NCBI GenBank assembly: GCA_039916665.1
Contig: JBDSKX010000061.1
Location: forward strand, 57,055 to 121,054
Direction of reading: 5' to 3'
DNA length: 64,000 bases
DNA from: Chryseolinea sp.
Lineage (GTDB): Bacteria; Bacteroidota; Bacteroidia; Cytophagales; Cyclobacteriaceae
The notes under the pieces are model-generated. The model worked only from the letters and a program-made list of their open reading frames with translations. It was not told where the DNA came from and made no database searches. Within the stretch, counting starts at the first letter, position 1. The number at the start of each line of letters is the position of its first letter. Both the position numbers and the translations under genes were made by a program. Of this stretch, positions 49,864-59,853 are shown piece after piece.

Positions 49864-51942
49864 TCATTTCTTCTTCTCCGAAGGCAATGGAACGCACAGC
49901 GTAACATCTGGCGGAAGACGTTTACCAGCTACTTTAATGCGTTTACTATCTTTGGTAGCGATAGCTGGATTGTGATCAAAGAAGCCGAATGGCGCCAACG
50001 TAAAGCCTAGTGTATGTGTATTCATGATAGGCCACTCCTCGGGCCTGACGATGTGAGTAATTCCCAGGTTATACCAGACGACGAGATCCTTCCCCACTAC
50101 ATCTTCATTGTCTGACGTCCAACGTGTAATACCATCTTTTATTCCTCTCGTATTCGGATACTCGCCGGCAGGATGCATCTCGTCTTGTTTGAAAGTTGTG
50201 ACCCACACCTGATTTTCAAGGAAGTCGGCCATTTTTCTTGGACCAGATGGCGTGGCGGCGTAAGGCATTGCATTTGAACCCGGCATGATCACATAACTCT
50301 TCATCTGGCCCAATGCGTTTGTTTCTTTTGAATCGCCGATCATCCAATGTCTGTTGCTGGAAGGATTGAGGCTTCGTTGCCCATCGGCTTCTTTTTTAAT
50401 CAATGATGTTATCCGGGCAAAAGCGTTGCTGTGGGGATTCTTGATTGATGTTGGAAGTGTTACTGTGTTCATCTCTTCAACCATGTTTTCAGATCCATCG
50501 ACATCGAAGTCAAGTCGGAATGAAAAGAAATGTTGGTGATTTACTGCTTCGACATGGGGAGCGACCAGAGTTCCAAAATAATTTCCATTGAAAGTCTCAT
50601 CTGCGCCACCGGGCAGATCGTTGATACGATTCACACCTTTAATACCGACGATACCAGTCAGTTCAGCGCGAAGATCGATTGTGCCGTCTTCGTGAAATAT
50701 CCACTTCAAACCATAATCATAATTCCAGACTCGCGTGAAATATTTGACTACAAGGTTTCTGGCTTCTTGAGAAAACTTTCCGTGTCTCGTCAGCGGACCG
50801 CCATATTCTTCATACACTGCAATGACACTGTCGAGTTTGACTGGATCACCCGCTTCTGTATGAAATATTGATGAAATAAATTTTGAATTCATTGGAACAT
50901 CTGCACCTGCTTTCAATCCGTTCATACCTCCGGGTTCTGATTGCCCCAGTCTATATGCGCCAACGTCGTAGTAATTCCAAGCTGCGTGTGTCAGGTCCGT
51001 TGAGCCATAGGGAACATACATTTCAGCAACTGATGCGCGGTATAGTATTCTGCGCATTTGTCCTTCATCGTTAAAGCGAACGTCGCGAATAACAAGACCT
51101 TCGCGGTTGTCCATGGCAACGCGAAACGTCCAGTATTTGCTTTTTATTTCATAGCCTTCGATGGTAAAGTCGGTACCCTCCGGCTGTGTAATATTCAACG
51201 GCTTGTTGTTTGCCAGGGCTTTGTTTACAGTGGGATCGAAATAGCCGATGTCTTCGGGTTTATAATAACCTTTTCCACCATCATCCATCACCTTTAGCAC
51301 TTCACGAGATGTCAGGTCGACGTAAGCAACAAGTCCGTCGATAAGCAGTTCATGATATTTTTTATTGATGTATTGAGGCGTACAAATCATTTCGCGGTGG
51401 TCTGCAGGCGCCATGCCCATTTCACCGGCAAAAACATACGAAGTATGTACTGAGTCAGGGTGAATGTTCCGGCGCTTTAATCCTTCTAACCAGCGCGCAT
51501 CCTTTTTCAAAATCAAATCTGTGAGTGTGTCACCTTCAAGACCGCCTGCCGTAACTCCGGGGATATTGTTAAACGATTTTACACTTTTTGAATTGAGATC
51601 GATGACTGCTTCATACGTTTTGTTGTTGTTCCAATCATAAAGTACGGCAAAGGCTTCTCTTGTGAAGGTATCACCTGTTTTGTAATTCAGAATTTCATTT
51701 TTCGCAGGCTCTTTAAGATTAATGACAAAAAACCGATGGCTGGAATCGATTTTCTTTTCACTCAGAAGGAGTCTTTTTACACTGTTGATTTCATCGGATG
51801 AAAGAGGATCGAGTGGGTGCAGCGCAGAAGTGAACGCTTTTTCAGCTTTTAGAGGCGATGCAGTTTTCCTTTGTGAGCAATTCATCAACATCAACGCAAT
51901 GCAGGGGACAAAGAGGAATGAAGCGCGCATTTGATTCTTCAT
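49864..51942 (-). CDS. Copper/TPQ primary amine oxidase, lipoprotein
   Basis: HPLDPLS, NYYD (active-site Asp), WNYDY (TPQ consensus), NHQH and ITHIVRPEEWPIM (three Cu His); lipobox LMNC. Confidence 0.93.
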   Translation of the reverse strand: MKNQMRASFLFVPCIALMLMNCSQRKTASPLKAEKAFTSALHPLDPLSSDEINSVKRLLLSEKKIDSSHRFFVINLKEPAKNEILNYKTGDTFTREAFAVLYDWNNNKTYEAVIDLNSKSVKSFNNIPGVTAGGLEGDTLTDLILKKDARWLEGLKRRNIHPDSVHTSYVFAGEMGMAPADHREMICTPQYINKKYHELLIDGLVAYVDLTSREVLKVMDDGGKGYYKPEDIGYFDPTVNKALANNKPLNITQPEGTDFTIEGYEIKSKYWTFRVAMDNREGLVIRDVRFNDEGQMRRILYRASVAEMYVPYGSTDLTHAAWNYYDVGAYRLGQSEPGGMNGLKAGADVPMNSKFISSIFHTEAGDPVKLDSVIAVYEEYGGPLTRHGKFSQEARNLVVKYFTRVWNYDYGLKWIFHEDGTIDLRAELTGIVGIKGVNRINDLPGGADETFNGNYFGTLVAPHVEAVNHQHFFSFRLDFDVDGSENMVEEMNTVTLPTSIKNPHSNAFARITSLIKKEADGQRSLNPSSNRHWMIGDSKETNALGQMKSYVIMPGSNAMPYAATPSGPRKMADFLENQVWVTTFKQDEMHPAGEYPNTRGIKDGITRWTSDNEDVVGKDLVVWYNLGITHIVRPEEWPIMNTHTLGFTLAPFGFFDHNPAIATKDSKRIKVAGKRLPPDVTLCVPLPSEKKK

Positions 51943-52001
51943 AAGGTATTTCGGGATTGCCAGGACTAACGTGTTGTAATAATAACATTTATTTTTATTT
52001 G

Positions 52002-52018
52002 TGCGTAATACTTACGCA
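52002..52018. promoter_or_regulatory. NrtR-type operator 1: TGCGTAA-TAC-TTACGCA
   Basis: Perfect palindrome with GT-N7-AC core, upstream of an NrtR-family gene. Confidence 0.8.
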
Positions 52019-52035
52019 AAGAGTTGATACTTTAG

Positions 52036-52052
52036 TGCGTAATATCTACGCT
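52036..52052. promoter_or_regulatory. NrtR-type operator 2: TGCGTAATATCTACGCT
   Basis: GCGT-N7-ACGC core, 34 bp from site 1; shares GTGCGTAATA with it. Confidence 0.75.
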
Positions 52053-52071
52053 AAGACAGTCTGAGGCCCAT

Positions 52072-52800
52072 ATGAAACAATATTCGCGAAGTCGATTTGG
52101 CGATTCCCTGAACGAAGTATCGGTAGACTGCGTCATGTTTGGGTTTCATGCGGATGAATTGAAAGTGCTTTTAGTTAAGGCTAAAGACTCTGATATATGG
52201 AGTCTGCCACGAGGCGGAATATTCATGAGAGAACCGGTAGAAGAGGCAGCTGTCAGGGTCTTGCAAGAAACAACGGGCATCGAAGATGTGTTTCTCCAGC
52301 AGTTTTACACATTTGGAGCGGGACAGCGAGATAAGTACATCATGCCTTCTAAAGGATCACGCCGACGGGGCTCTAAAGCAAAACGAGACGAGGAAAGTGT
52401 GATATCGATTGGGTACTATGCGCTGGTGGATTTTGAGAAGGTTGTTCCGAGTCTCACGGACATGTTTTTATGGTGTGAGATATCTGCTTTACCCGATCTG
52501 CAATTTGATCACAATGTTATGATTGAGTTGGCACTTGTGGCATTGAAGAAAGATCTTCGGTACCTGCCAATTGCCAAGCTGCTTCCCAGAAAATTCACTT
52601 TGAGGGAAATGCAGAAATTGTACGAAACGATACTCAACAGAAGTTTTGATCGACGCAATTTTCACAAACTCCTGATGGGTTATGATTTTCTGATCAAGTT
52701 ATCCGAAAAAAAAACAGGAACGGCGAATAAGTCTCCGCACCTCTACAAGATCAATTTTGAAAGATATGAAACAGCACTCCAGGATGGTATCTCATATTAA
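52072..52800 (+). CDS. NrtR/AraR-family Nudix-wHTH transcriptional regulator
   Basis: VSVDCVMFG, degenerate Nudix box, QFYTFG..RD, FDH, LLP.KFTL, DRRNFHK. Confidence 0.92.
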   Translation: MKQYSRSRFGDSLNEVSVDCVMFGFHADELKVLLVKAKDSDIWSLPRGGIFMREPVEEAAVRVLQETTGIEDVFLQQFYTFGAGQRDKYIMPSKGSRRRGSKAKRDEESVISIGYYALVDFEKVVPSLTDMFLWCEISALPDLQFDHNVMIELALVALKKDLRYLPIAKLLPRKFTLREMQKLYETILNRSFDRRNFHKLLMGYDFLIKLSEKKTGTANKSPHLYKINFERYETALQDGISY

Positions 52801-55309
52801 AGGACTTTTATCTCATCATTCCTACACGAAATTTGTTTTGATGTGTATCCCGATGTTGCTGTTATTCGGCGATGTGAATGCTCAGCATGCGACAACTCGG
52901 GGCAAAATAAAAGTGTTTGTCATTGCTGCCAAAGATCAATCTCATAGCGCTATGGTCGATCAGGCATCGGTAATGTTCAAAAAAATAGGCGATGATAACA
53001 GTTATCAAATTGATTTTAGTAAAGATACTGCACTACTTACTGCCGCCAATCTCGCCAAGTATGACGTAATAATCCAGCTTCACGTTTCACCGTTGAGCCT
53101 TGCACGAAAGCATCAATTTGCTATCCAGCAATTTATCTCAAAAGGTAAAGGGTGGATTGGAATCCACGCTGCAGGTGTCCGGGCAGAACAAGCCGACTTG
53201 GAAGCACAGGATCACTGGAAGTGGTATTCGCAATTATTAGGTGGAGCACGTTACACTCCGTTGCCTCCGGTTCGTGAGGGTCTTGTCACGATAGAAGCGA
53301 GTACCCATCCAGTTACAAAAAATCTTTCCACCAGTTTTGCTCTTACGGATGAGTGGTATTCATTCGACAAACAACTGGCATCAGACGCGATTATACTGGC
53401 GACTGCAGACGTGGACAAAAAAGGGAAGCAGCCTGTGATATGGATCAATCCACATTTTGACAGAGCGCTGTATATCGCCCTGGGGCACGATGCAAGTTCT
53501 TGCACGAATGCGAGCTATCATACTTTACTAAAGGATGCGATCTCCTGGGCAGCAATTCATGAAGGTGTCGAAGTACACAAGATGGAAGAGTTCACGAAAA
53601 GTTCAGGATCAATACTTGTCAATCAGGTGGGATATAATGCCAACTTGCCGAAGGCAGCAGTTTTTAAAACGAAAGCAAAACTCAATGGTGATATAACTTT
53701 CAGTATTGTCGACGCGCTGTCCTTCGAACCAGTCTACTCTGGAAAAATCAAAACATCCGAGCAAGTTCTAGATTGGAATGATGCATGGTATAGTCAGATC
53801 GACTTTAGTGAATTTAAAAAACCGGGGTTTTATAAGATCAAGGCTGAGATTGATCATCAGACGTATGAATCATTCAATTTTGAGATTGGAGATCATTTGT
53901 TAGCAAAGACATTGATTCCTGCTATCGCAAATTTCTTTGTCGGCCAAAAAGCAAATTCGAAAGAGGAGTTATCGGGCGACGAACATGTTAGGCTATTCGG
54001 GAGTGATAAAACGGTAGACCTGCGCGGCGGATGGGCTGATGCATCAGGTGATGTGAGCAAGTACTTCTCTCATCTTGCTTATACCAATTTTATGAGTCCA
54101 CAGCAAATACCGCTTGCAGACTGGTCGATGATTCAGTCTGTGGAATCGATTCCCTCTGTATTAAGGGGATCAGTCGTAGAGGACTCGTTAAGGCTTGAAG
54201 CATTCTATGGTGCTGATTACATTATGAAATCTCTTTCGACTGAAGGCTATTTTTATATGACGCTGTTTTCATATTTCAAGAAAGACCCCAGTGAACGCCG
54301 TGTCGTTGGACTTTTGGCCGACAGCAAAACAACGTCAGAATACCAAGCGGGGTATCGTGAGGGTGGTGGCATGGGTGTCGCGTGTCTTGCACGTATTTCG
54401 ACATGGAAGCAAAAAAGTACGTACTCGCAAGCTCAATATTTGAAGGCCGCTGAAAGAGCGTTTGAACATTTGCAAAAAAATAGCATTAAGTATATTGATG
54501 ATCATAAGGAGAATATTATTGATGATTATACTGCGTTGATGGGTAGCACTGAACTGTGGATTGCCACCAAAAACTTTTCATATCGAAGGGAAGCAAGATT
54601 GCGCGCAAAGAAATTAGCGGACAGGATATCAACCGAAGGATTCTTCTGGAGCAACGATGAAAAGACACGCCCGTTCTGGCATGCATCGGATGCGGGATTG
54701 CCAGTCATCTCATTGATCAGATACCTCCAAGTCGAAACTGATGCGCCAATGCGAGAAAAAGCGTTGGAGACGATCAAGAAGTTTATTGATTATCAGTTGC
54801 GGGTTTCTAAAGAGACCGTTAATCCATTCCGATATCCAAGACAGACATTTAAGGTGAACGGTGAGATCAAGAATGGATTTTTTATTCCACATGAGAATGA
54901 GAGCGGATGGTGGTGGCAAGGTGAAGACGCACGTATCGGATCCCTGGCAAGTGTGTTACTGAGGGGCGGCCGCCTCGTGTACCCTGAAAATAACGCACTG
55001 GGCGTCAGATCAGATATCGGAGAAGTGGCGAGCAGCCTTGTGGGTTGGGTGCTGGGTTGTAATCCTTATGAAGTGTGTATGATGTATGGATATGGTCAAA
55101 TCAACGTTCCTTACATGGCAGCAATGTATGGCCATGGTTCCGGAATAGGCGGAATATCAAACGGCGTAACCGGCGCCAACGGTAAGCCTGATGGTTCTGG
55201 GATTGATTTCAAATACGAAGACAACGGCAACGAATGGCGCTGGAGTGAGCAATGGATTCCGCATTCTGCGTGGTTTCTTCAGGCGATTACGGCCATTGAA
55301 TCCAAATGA
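52784..55309 (+). CDS. Secreted ThuA-like + Ig + GH9 fusion (exo-beta-glucosaminidase-like subgroup)
   Basis: Signal-like LLLFGDVNAQ; ThuA motifs GWIGIHAA and DEWY; ILVNQVGY; DLRGGWADASGDVSKYFSHL...PQQIP; WRWSEQWIPH. Confidence 0.85.
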   Translation: MVSHIKGLLSHHSYTKFVLMCIPMLLLFGDVNAQHATTRGKIKVFVIAAKDQSHSAMVDQASVMFKKIGDDNSYQIDFSKDTALLTAANLAKYDVIIQLHVSPLSLARKHQFAIQQFISKGKGWIGIHAAGVRAEQADLEAQDHWKWYSQLLGGARYTPLPPVREGLVTIEASTHPVTKNLSTSFALTDEWYSFDKQLASDAIILATADVDKKGKQPVIWINPHFDRALYIALGHDASSCTNASYHTLLKDAISWAAIHEGVEVHKMEEFTKSSGSILVNQVGYNANLPKAAVFKTKAKLNGDITFSIVDALSFEPVYSGKIKTSEQVLDWNDAWYSQIDFSEFKKPGFYKIKAEIDHQTYESFNFEIGDHLLAKTLIPAIANFFVGQKANSKEELSGDEHVRLFGSDKTVDLRGGWADASGDVSKYFSHLAYTNFMSPQQIPLADWSMIQSVESIPSVLRGSVVEDSLRLEAFYGADYIMKSLSTEGYFYMTLFSYFKKDPSERRVVGLLADSKTTSEYQAGYREGGGMGVACLARISTWKQKSTYSQAQYLKAAERAFEHLQKNSIKYIDDHKENIIDDYTALMGSTELWIATKNFSYRREARLRAKKLADRISTEGFFWSNDEKTRPFWHASDAGLPVISLIRYLQVETDAPMREKALETIKKFIDYQLRVSKETVNPFRYPRQTFKVNGEIKNGFFIPHENESGWWWQGEDARIGSLASVLLRGGRLVYPENNALGVRSDIGEVASSLVGWVLGCNPYEVCMMYGYGQINVPYMAAMYGHGSGIGGISNGVTGANGKPDGSGIDFKYEDNGNEWRWSEQWIPHSAWFLQAITAIESK

Positions 55310-55351
55310 AACAGTTTGAATTGACGCAGTGAACAAATGAGAATTATTTAG

Positions 55352-55762
55352 ATGAGAAAATTTCTTATAGCAGCGCACGGTAGTTTTTCATCCGGTATAA
55401 AATCGTCATTAGACTTTATTATCGGTGAAACTAAAAATCTATACATCATCGACGCGTACATCGATAACAATAAATCAATCGAAGATGAACTTCAGTTGAT
55501 ACTGATTGATCTTAAGCCGGACGACGAACTTATTGTGATGTCGGATCTTATGGGTGGAAGTATTACAAACCAGATTCTCAGATTCGCGTTGCAACGAAAT
55601 GTTCACATAGTTTCAGGAATCAGCCTGGGGTTGGTAATTGAAATTGTTATGGGCGATGAGTTAGTTTCGGCCGGAGAAATTATTGAAAACGCAATCATAA
55701 ATGCACGAGAGCAAATGGTTTATGTGAATAAATTGATTAATAAAGAAAACGACAATGCTTAA
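55352..55762 (+). CDS. PTS mannose/fructose/sorbose family EIIA
   Basis: LIAAHG (phospho-His), SDLMGGSITN. Confidence 0.93.
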   Translation: MRKFLIAAHGSFSSGIKSSLDFIIGETKNLYIIDAYIDNNKSIEDELQLILIDLKPDDELIVMSDLMGGSITNQILRFALQRNVHIVSGISLGLVIEIVMGDELVSAGEIIENAIINAREQMVYVNKLINKENDNA

Positions 55763-56231
55763 ACTATTAAGGATCGACGACAGGCTGGTTCACGGGCAGG
55801 TGGCTTTTACGTGGGTGCCATCTTTGGGGATTGATTGTTTGTTAGTCGCCAATGATAAAGTGGCGCGCGATGACTTTCAGAAAATGACACTAGGTTTGGC
55901 TAAACCGGCGAGCACAAAGCTCATTATTAAATCTGTAGGTGATGCCGTTCTTTTTCTGAATGATGAAAAGAACAAAGGTCTGAAGATACTCACGCTTGTC
56001 AACTCAGTAGTTGACGCCTTTGCACTCGCGAGCGGAGTTTCCCAAGTTCAATCGATCAACTTCGGAGGAATTCGGGCAAGAGAAGGTGCAAAGCTAATCT
56101 CGAAGGCTATCGCAGTGACAGAGCAAGATGTGACGTTGATCAGGGAATTGGTTCGACGAGGCATTGAATTGGAGATACGCCAGGTTCCATCGGATCAAAA
56201 ACAGAAAGTTGAATCTTTTATTCAAAATTAG
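55755..56231 (+). CDS. PTS mannose/fructose/sorbose family EIIB
   Basis: LRIDDRLVHGQV (phospho-His), INFGG, RQVP; 8-nt overlap with EIIA. Confidence 0.95.
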   Translation: MLKLLRIDDRLVHGQVAFTWVPSLGIDCLLVANDKVARDDFQKMTLGLAKPASTKLIIKSVGDAVLFLNDEKNKGLKILTLVNSVVDAFALASGVSQVQSINFGGIRAREGAKLISKAIAVTEQDVTLIRELVRRGIELEIRQVPSDQKQKVESFIQN

Positions 56232-56257
56232 ACTAGCCTTAACGCCATGAACACGCT

Positions 56258-57826
56258 ATGATAATGAGCTATTTTATGATCACGCTCGTAGCCATGTTCG
56301 GGCACCTGGAAGATTTTCTAGGAACTACGTTGCTGAGCCGCCCATTGGTTCTCGGTCCCCTGGTTGGACTTGTACTTGGTGACTTTCAGCAAGGAATTAT
56401 TATCGGCGCAACGCTAGAGCTGATCTTTATGGGCAACATCAAGGTAGGGGCGGCAATTCCACCGGACGTTATCACGGGTGGGGTACTGGGTACAGCATTC
56501 GCAATCATTTCAGGCAAGGGCGCTGCCGTTGCTCTTGGACTCGCAGTGCCAATTTCAATTTTGGCGGAAATGTTGCTGAGCAGCTTGTTTATTTTTCGCG
56601 CGACCTTTAACAAAAAATTTAATCAATATGCTGAAGAGGGTGATCTTCGTAAGCTCGAGTGGCTTCACATATTCTCTGGACTACTGAAGCCATTGCTTAT
56701 GGGGCTTATCGTTTTTCTTGCCTTACAACTCGGCGCTGAAACAATGAAGACCGTACTTGACAGCATTCCGGAATGGGTCACAAGGGGTCTGCAGGTTGCG
56801 GGCGCAATGTTGCCTGCACTTGGATTCGCGCTCTTGATGAGCGTAATGTTTAACAACCGCGTTGCTCCATATTTTTTTCTAGGATTTATTCTCAGTGGAT
56901 ATCTCAAACTGCCGATGATTGCAATAGGTGGGTTGGGACTTATTCTCGCATTGTTGATAGTACGTTTGAAGACCGAAAACTCCGAGGAGGAGGGAGACGG
57001 ACAAACAGATTCGCCGACACCCGATAACTCAGTGCTTTCGAGGCAAGACATCAGAAAGATATTCTTCAGATCACTTGCCCTCGAGGCAAATTTCAATTTT
57101 GAAACCTGTCAGAATACCGGTTTTGCATTTTCAATAGCCCCCGCGTTGAAGAAAATATATCGAACAAAAGAAGCGATCTCGATAGCGATGAAAAGGCATT
57201 TGCAATTCTTTAATACGAGTCCTTACGGATCAACGTTCATTTTAGGTATGTCTGCGGCGATGGAAGAACAGAACGGAAAGTCTGATGATTTTGATCCTGA
57301 ATCCATCAATTCCGTCAAGCTTGGCTTGATGGGTCCGTTAGCAGGTGTGTTTGATTCTTTGTTTTGGGGAACGTTAAAAGTGATTGCTGCAGGTGTAGGC
57401 ACATCGTTGGCACTAAAAGGAAGCTTCGTTGGGCCTTTGCTATTTATCATGATTTATAATATCCCGCATATTTTAATTCGATACAACCTTACATTTCTTG
57501 GCTATCGTCAGGGGAATAAATTTCTCCAGAAAATGGCGTCGGGGCATATGATGGATAAACTTACTTCTGGTGCGGCGATAGTAGGTCTCATGGTAGTGGG
57601 TGCAATGCCTTCATTATTAATGTCGGTCAAAACACCGTTGTCGTATGGTGCAGACTCGAACATTCAGTTACAGCAAATACTGGATCAAATCGTGCCAGGA
57701 ATAATACCTCTTGCGTTGACATTCCTGTCTTACTTTCTTTTGAAACGAAACATTAAACCTACTTACATTTTGCTGAGTCTGCTGATCCTTGGATTCATCG
57801 GAAGCGCTTTGCATGTGTTGTCTTGA
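56258..57826 (+). CDS. PTS mannose-family fused EIIC-EIID permease
   Basis: IIC: RPLVLGPLVGLVLGD...LELIFMG...GAAIPPD. Acidic linker. IID: RHLQFFNT, KLGLMGPLAG..DSLFWGTL. Confidence 0.93.
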   Translation: MIMSYFMITLVAMFGHLEDFLGTTLLSRPLVLGPLVGLVLGDFQQGIIIGATLELIFMGNIKVGAAIPPDVITGGVLGTAFAIISGKGAAVALGLAVPISILAEMLLSSLFIFRATFNKKFNQYAEEGDLRKLEWLHIFSGLLKPLLMGLIVFLALQLGAETMKTVLDSIPEWVTRGLQVAGAMLPALGFALLMSVMFNNRVAPYFFLGFILSGYLKLPMIAIGGLGLILALLIVRLKTENSEEEGDGQTDSPTPDNSVLSRQDIRKIFFRSLALEANFNFETCQNTGFAFSIAPALKKIYRTKEAISIAMKRHLQFFNTSPYGSTFILGMSAAMEEQNGKSDDFDPESINSVKLGLMGPLAGVFDSLFWGTLKVIAAGVGTSLALKGSFVGPLLFIMIYNIPHILIRYNLTFLGYRQGNKFLQKMASGHMMDKLTSGAAIVGLMVVGAMPSLLMSVKTPLSYGADSNIQLQQILDQIVPGIIPLALTFLSYFLLKRNIKPTYILLSLLILGFIGSALHVLS

Positions 57827-57836
57827 AATAAAAGTG

Positions 57837-59576
57837 ATGGATAATTTGAATTATAAATCGGGAGTGGCAGAAATAAAAGGAGTTGGAGCATCACCGGGTA
57901 TTGCCATTGGAAATGCTTTTCGTTTCCGAAAAGAAGTGGTCCGTGCTACTGAATTGAAATTATCGGATGACTCAGAAGTCAAACGTGAAATTGAAAAGTT
58001 CGATGCGGCAGTTAATATATCTGTGCGAGATGTTAAGCAAGTCATTGAGCGCGATTCATCCCTAAACCGCGAAGTAGTAGATGTGCTTGAAAGTCATCTT
58101 GAATTTATAACCGATCCGCAGCTGAGGTCGGACGTTGTTTCCCGGATTACGGATCATAAAATGTTCGCTATCGACTCCGTTGTAAAAGTTATTGAACTGA
58201 CAACTGTTGCCTTCAATGATCTGGATAGTGACTACATGCGCGCAAGAGCTGCCGACGTTCAGGATATCGGTGAACGCATACTGAGAAACCTCAGTTATTC
58301 GTATTCCGGTAAGCTCGAAATAAATGAGAATTCTATATTGATTGCCGAAGACATTTCGCCATCCGATACGATAGCGCTGGATCTTAGTAAAGTTATGGGA
58401 TTTGCAACCCAACTTGGAAGCCGAACGTCGCATACCGCCATTCTGGCAAGATCTAAGAATATTCCTGCGGTACTTGGATGTGGCGAAATTCTTGCGTCGG
58501 TCAACGATGGCGATCTCCTGATTGTTGATGGACTAAATGGAATCGTCCACGTTAATCCACCAGCGCATTTGTTGAGATACTATCGCGAACGGAAAGAAGC
58601 GCATGAACGGCAAGCAGACGCGTTAAAATCTTTGAGACACCACCTTGCAGTAACTGCTGATGGACGTCAAATTAAATTGCTGGCGAACATATCGTCAGCA
58701 GACGATCTTGAGGATTCTTTTGAATATGGTGCGATGGGTGCCGGGCTATTCAGAACTGAAATGCTATTCATGAATAGAACTTCATTTCCTTCCGAGCAGA
58801 GGCAATTTGAATGCTATAAACAGGTTGGGGTAAAGTCGAGGGGAAAGGAAGTCACCATACGAACGATGGATATCGGTGGCGATAAACCACTTGATTATTT
58901 TGAGATTCCAAGGGAAGACAATCCATTTTTAGGCTATCGCGGCGTACGAATTTCGCTTGATAGAAGAGATGTTTTTATTACTCAACTCCGCGCAATTCTG
59001 CGCGCATCCATATTTGGCAACTTCAGGATTATGTTTCCGATGATATCGGGTCTTGAAGAGTTGCTCGCAGCGAAGTCGATGGTGGAGGAGGCCAAATCGC
59101 AGTTGAAAACTGAGCAGTTGGAGTTTGACAGGCAGATTCCCCTTGGTATTATGATTGAAGTGCCATCCGCGGCAATAGTGGCAGATATCCTCGCGCCCGA
59201 AGCCGACTTCTTTAGCATTGGCACGAATGACTTGTGTCAGTATACTTTGGCAGTAGATCGCGGTAATGAAAAGATCAAGTCCTTATATGAGCCACTAAAT
59301 CCTGCTGTGTTGAGATTGATCAGTTTCGTGATCGATGCGGCGCGTCAAAATAATATCGACGTTGGAATGTGTGGTGAATTCGCGGCTGATCCAAAATCGA
59401 CGTTGTTGTTGATTGGGATGGGGCTGCATGAATTTTCGATGAGTGCGTCGTCTATACCGCGCGTTAAAAATGTAATACTCAACCATACTGAGGCGAAGGC
59501 GCGGGAAATATGGCGCAACGTGAAGACAATGCGTCGCACCGACAGTATTATAAAATATTTAGAGGCCTTAATATGA
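57837..59576 (+). CDS. ptsI: PTS enzyme I (PEP-protein phosphotransferase)
   Basis: ASPGIAIG, SRTSHTAILARS (phospho-His), GLFRTE, RTMDIGGDK, NPFLGYRG, FSIGTNDL, GMCGE. Confidence 0.97.
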   Translation: MDNLNYKSGVAEIKGVGASPGIAIGNAFRFRKEVVRATELKLSDDSEVKREIEKFDAAVNISVRDVKQVIERDSSLNREVVDVLESHLEFITDPQLRSDVVSRITDHKMFAIDSVVKVIELTTVAFNDLDSDYMRARAADVQDIGERILRNLSYSYSGKLEINENSILIAEDISPSDTIALDLSKVMGFATQLGSRTSHTAILARSKNIPAVLGCGEILASVNDGDLLIVDGLNGIVHVNPPAHLLRYYRERKEAHERQADALKSLRHHLAVTADGRQIKLLANISSADDLEDSFEYGAMGAGLFRTEMLFMNRTSFPSEQRQFECYKQVGVKSRGKEVTIRTMDIGGDKPLDYFEIPREDNPFLGYRGVRISLDRRDVFITQLRAILRASIFGNFRIMFPMISGLEELLAAKSMVEEAKSQLKTEQLEFDRQIPLGIMIEVPSAAIVADILAPEADFFSIGTNDLCQYTLAVDRGNEKIKSLYEPLNPAVLRLISFVIDAARQNNIDVGMCGEFAADPKSTLLLIGMGLHEFSMSASSIPRVKNVILNHTEAKAREIWRNVKTMRRTDSIIKYLEALI

Positions 59577-59839
59577 TATCAAAAGACTACTTGATTACGG
59601 CTGCGGAAGGAATTCACGCCCGTCCAGCGACAACATTGATCAGACTTGTTAAACATTTCAAGTCTGCGGTCATCCTTAGGAAAGGTGATAAGTCGATCCG
59701 TTTGAATAGTATTCTTAACATCCTGACTTTCGGTGCGAAAGGTGGCGACACAGTCACGGTAATTGTCGAAGGTGAAGATGAGGTAGCGGCAGCAGCGTCA
59801 ATCGATAAATTTTTCAAAGAGGAATTAAAGCAACTTTAA
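59573..59839 (+). CDS. ptsH: Phosphocarrier protein HPr
   Basis: GIHARPA (His15), NSILNILTFG (Ser46 region); ATGA overlap with EI. Confidence 0.95.
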   Translation: MISKDYLITAAEGIHARPATTLIRLVKHFKSAVILRKGDKSIRLNSILNILTFGAKGGDTVTVIVEGEDEVAAAASIDKFFKEELKQL

Positions 59840-59853
59840 TTGATTTTACATCC

